A DNA stretch of 64,000 nt, from contig JAMWBK010000005.1 in assembly GCA_029953675.1 (NCBI GenBank), forward strand, positions 620,001-684,000. Reading direction: 5' to 3'. This document shows, piece after piece, positions 60,388 to 64,000 of the stretch (positions are counted from its first letter, which is position 1; each line of letters starts with the position of its first letter). Under the pieces are notes generated by a model, which saw only the letters and a program-made list of their open reading frames with translations, ran no database searches and was not told the origin of the DNA. The DNA comes from Rhodosorus marinus CCMP1338 (taxonomy: Eukaryota > Plantae > Rhodophyta). The position numbers were made by a program, and so were the translations under genes.

Positions 60388-60680
60388 CCTCCTATCTACT
60401 CCAGTATGAGAAACTACGATTACGCTCTCCGCAAGGCAGCTCCTATTTCGCTCCAGAAGTCGGTTTCCTCCTTCAGGGAAGAAGCAAGTAAAATACAATT
60501 ATACCATACTATCTCAAACACCAGACATGACGAGGGCCTCCTATCTACTCCAGTATGAGAAACTACGATTACGCTCTCCGCAAGGCAGCTCCTATTTCGC
60601 TCCAGAAGTCGGTTTCCTCCAGGGAAGAAGCGAGTCAAATACAACTATACCACACTATCTCAAACACCAGACATGACGAG
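60388..60680. repeat. Recent tandem duplication, period 149 bp, 2 copies
   Basis: 60388-60534 versus 60537-60680: the 5' parts are identical, with one 3-nt indel and 4 substitutions in the 3' part by manual alignment. Confidence 0.95.
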
Positions 60681-61802
60681 TCCCAGTTCGACGTAACAGA
60701 CCATACAGGAATTGTTCCGATGTTGGCGTCAGTCAATTTTGAACGTTCCCATCTCATTGCGAAGGAGCCTTGACGCGTTGAAACCAGTCCCAATGCAAAA
60801 AAATCGCCCATCGCTCGGTGAACAGTAAGACCAGCAGCAACTCCACAGTAGACCAACATGGAAAGCCTGAGGGCTCTGAAGTTGGTAGGCGCTGGCTTGG
60901 GCGCTGAATGCGGATAGATATACCCCTCGATTCATCAAACTGAAGGTTAGCTGTTGGGGGCTGTTCCACGCACCGGTCCATGGATCTGTTTGTCGCTTGA
61001 AGTACGACACGCCCGCATGCAGTGACGTTGGTCGGTTCCGCTGACGCCAGTCCTCAGATCAGCAGGACCGGGTTAATCAGAGGCCAAGATCCCCGACTGA
61101 GGTTCGCTAGAAAAGCCGCAGAGGGTGCGCCTACAGAACTAAGGCATCGGCATATCGCTAAAGAGTCAGACTCTACAGCAGTAAGCGGTCGAGAAGGAGC
61201 ATCAGAGATATTCAGCACACGACCTTCCAAACAAATTCTTAGTACGTCTTTAGTACAGTACTACAAAACCCCTAAAAAAGGTGCTGTCCAGACGACAGCC
61301 TGTCCAACCGAACCTTCTCGACACTCGTCAATCAAAAAACTCAAACAAGAAATCAGTCAATATAATATATATTGATTGCTATCAATCAAAAAAGTACCCC
61401 AATCGGAACATAACAGTCCATCAATCAATAGATCAATCATTAATTGAACGAAGAACTATGTCATATGCTATAAATAAAATTGTGGATCAATCATTATGAG
61501 AATCTCATTTTTCGCTGAGCAGTTTTTCAGTTTGGTTGGGGAAGACCGAATTCTGCGGTTTGGGTATTTATATCTTGGAAATGGTGGGGAGGCGAGTGAA
61601 AGGGGCGTTCGGGAAGAGAGACGGAGGTACTTGTCTTTCTTGTACAAATCGTTTTGACTTGGAAAGAGTTGTTTTTGTTTGTTTTTTTTTACTTTTTTGG
61701 GAGAAGGGTGTTTTTGTGGGGTTTCCTGAGGAGGAGGAAGAAGAAGAATAGTTTTTTGTTTTGTTTTGGCGAGTTGTCTGCGCGACCCTTTTTTCTTGAA
61801 GG

Positions 61803-62603
61803 ATGGCAGCTGATATTGGAAGGATGACTGGGATGAGTGAACGGATGGATGCGAAGGATTGGGTGAAGGTGAAGGGTCATTTGAAGGATGTGTATTCTCT
61901 TCTAGCTGGGGCTTGTATTTTAGGCACTGTTGGGGCGGTACTGGAGATGCAGTATGCGTATGCGATGCCGTTTCTGCACACAGTTGCGCTGATTTTGACG
62001 CTCGCTGGTGTGTTTGGTGTGAATGGAATATTCGGGATGAAGTACAGAAAGCCTTCGTTTGCCGCTCTCGCTTTCGGCTTGGGTTTCGGCCTTGGCCCAC
62101 TGCTCGACCATGCTGCTGCTTTGAATCCATCGGTAAGCGTTTGAAGAATTTGTTTTGGCATGCCTGCGTTCAATCTAACTTGTTCCTTTTTGGCCACCTG
62201 GAAATTGTGACTTCCACAGATCGTCATCTATGCGCTCGCAGGTACGTTTGGGATTTTTTCTTCCCTTACCATTTCCGCGATGATGGCTCCGGACGCACGT
62301 TATCTATACCTTGGCGGTATGCTGTCGTCGGCTCTTTCGATGCTTTTCTGGATCAACATGGTATCCATGTTCTTCCCGTCGCAGCTCAACTACAACCTTC
62401 AGCTTTACGGGGGTTTGATAGTATTCTGCGGATACGTGCTCAGCGACACATCCCGAATGATTGAGAAAGCCAAGGACGGACGGTCCGACGCCATTTCAGA
62501 CGCCACTGCGCTTTTTGTCAACCTCATCGGTATCCTTCGCAGGATCCTCATTATTCTCTCCAAGAAAGAGGATAACAACAAGAGATCAAGGCGCCGGAAT
62601 TAG
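61803..62603 (+). CDS. BI1: Bax inhibitor-1 (TMBIM6 family), one intron
   Basis: VKGHLKDVYSLLA, LGFGLGPLL, IFSSLTISAMMA..RYLYLGGMLSSALSML, LYGGLIVFCGYVLSDTSRMIEKA and a basic C-tail. Confidence 0.93.
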
Positions 62604-63347
62604 GCCAGGTCCTCACCCAAGGACCGACCGGAACTCATCTGAGAATCGGACCAAGAACTTCACCCTGAGAATAACGTCCTTGACGAGGGAAGCATGGGTG
62701 CACTTCGTGCGCTCGGAAATATGGATCCTCTCTATTGATTCAATTCGCTTTTTATGACTAAATTTTCGTTACAAAGTTATTGCCCTGGACGTGTGGAGAA
62801 CAAATTTGCACCATCGTGAGCGCCGGACAATCCTATGAGCTCTTTCGTAGCTAGCCCCCGGGGGCGAGTTCATGAAAGCGAACTTTACCCAGCCGGTTTG
62901 CGATTACAATTTACCAGATGTTGAAGCAAGGATCTATCTTCACCGGACTCTTGTCAGGCCTTTACAGGAATCTGTCGTTCATAGGGCCCTTGTTCGTACT
63001 TTCTCCGCTGATCCTTCTCAAGTCTCTTCTCCGAGTCTGGGACCGTGTTGCGCTGCAGTAGGCAGCTGCCGAGTAAAGGTTACGGTTACGTTCATTGAAC
63101 TCATCAAGCTGCGCCTAGTGCTATCAGCGCTTGTTGAGCCTGACGAGGGTTTTGACAAAACAACCCTCTTGAAGATCGTTACTCCAGCACGGCTGGGGAG
63201 CAGGTGAGGCTAGTGAAGTCCAAACCCTTCTTCATGACGCAATCAGGACCATTCAAGCCTCGTCACATCTATAGAAACCTCATCACCATCCGCTGAACTA
63301 GGCCTGCACCCGCACCACCTTACCTGTACATACTTTGCCGGAGGTCT

Positions 63348-63482
63348 ATTTCAGGGTGACCATTCATTTTTGTCCTGTAAAATGGGGCCACCCTGAAATT
63401 GAAGTGGAATGTCATTCGCTGACTGGAATAACTTCAGGGTAGCAACGCCCTTCCCTACAAAGAATGGAGCCACCCTGAAGTT
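63348..63482. repeat. Two related tandem hairpins
   Basis: ATTTCAGGGTG...CACCCTGAAAT (63348-63399) and AACTTCAGGGT...ACCCTGAAGTT (63430-63482). The direct repeat AATGG(G/A)GCCACCCTGAA(A/G)TTGAAG spans both right arms. Confidence 0.8.
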
Positions 63483-63724
63483 GAAGGATAGCTACGAAGG
63501 TGGATCTTCACCCTAGTGTTGGAGGCGAAGGAAAAGCGAGTGCTAGTTGTCTCTGTGTTGAGACCTTGGATCAAGCTTGGGCACGCCACGTCGGAATGAT
63601 GGAGTGAGGGAAATTCGAGTTGAAGGTGACCCTGAGAGATTTAACTGTTTCCAGGAGAGCATGTATTCGTGAAGCCTGTTGAGCGGGGGATGTGTTGGTT
63701 GACGGCTCCGCGTTCGTTCGAGGT

Positions 63725-64000
63725 ATGGATTTAGAAATTGCTCTTAGTCCATCCGAGACCAGCAAGGATTGCTTCGTACGCCTGCCTCCGCGAGTTGTGA
63801 AGGACATTGAAGAGAGCTTCCTCGTGCTCAAAGCGACGACAAGAAGCGGCAATGTTTTCTTCGCGGGTTGGACGGGAGGCAGCGCCGCGTCCAATGGAGT
63901 ACTTGAAATGCCCCTTCACTTTGCTCAGTGCCAGAATGTCAGGCCAAAGGAGATCGTTCATGTTGAGGCTGTGCCAACCAGCACCGCAGCGTCCAGAGCA
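63725..64000 (+). CDS. PEX1: Peroxisome biogenesis AAA ATPase PEX1, N-terminus only; runs off the right edge
   Basis: Open frame from ATG 63725 to the window end: KDCFVRLP...FFAGWTGGSAASNGVLEMPLHFAQCQNVRPKEIVHVE, matching the PEX1 N-domain pattern (CFVxLP, WxG, IE...FA). Confidence 0.7.
   Translation, partial: MDLEIALSPSETSKDCFVRLPPRVVKDIEESFLVLKATTRSGNVFFAGWTGGSAASNGVLEMPLHFAQCQNVRPKEIVHVEAVPTSTAASRA

Noticed and set aside
60440-60470. GSSYFAPEV resembling a kinase APE motif in the duplicated unit
   Set aside because: Wrong spacing, stops in the surrounding frame and no other kinase subdomains.
62872-63207. 111-aa plus ORF after BI-1
   Set aside because: No recognisable motif; a minus-strand donor near 63324 hints at an alternative gene that could not be assembled.

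Overview
This is a gene-dense eukaryotic nuclear window with short GT-AG introns (CTAAC/CTGAC branch points) and AT-rich intergenic cores flanked by G/T-rich leaders. Plastid-type transit peptides on CysRS and HMA1 plus the compact architecture suggest a unicellular red alga (inference). No rRNA, tRNA or CRISPR array could be supported. Genes I recognise, in order: organellar CysRS, U2SURP, GST-like, ACBP, NOG1-like GTPase, MSH2, CREST-like membrane protein, P1B-4 ATPase (HMA1), PH-domain pseudokinase, HIT-like protein, CTNNBL1, UFC1, APC11 (missed by the ORF track), bacterial-type Tpt1/KptA, organellar HisRS, SUGP1, a 1250-aa PPR protein, a TGT-family protein, RBBP4/MSI1, a sugar O-acetyltransferase, YKT6, Bax inhibitor-1 and the start of PEX1. 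The top candidate for something undescribed is a spliced 245-aa gene at 56663-57569. It has a chymotrypsin-fold motif order but a His-Asp-Cys triad (GMCGGP), the arrangement of viral 3C-type proteases. Other leads are a perfect 36-bp-stem hairpin (27885-27985) in an apparently non-coding unit, and a 3.8-kb gene-free island (about 18.4-22.2 kb) holding an R2-like LINE relic, a 100-bp inverted repeat and a dense palindrome cluster. There are also twin hairpins with a compensatory base pair upstream of PEX1 and several enzymes with altered catalytic residues. All family calls come from motif recognition by eye; no searches were run, and exon ends are approximate unless stated.
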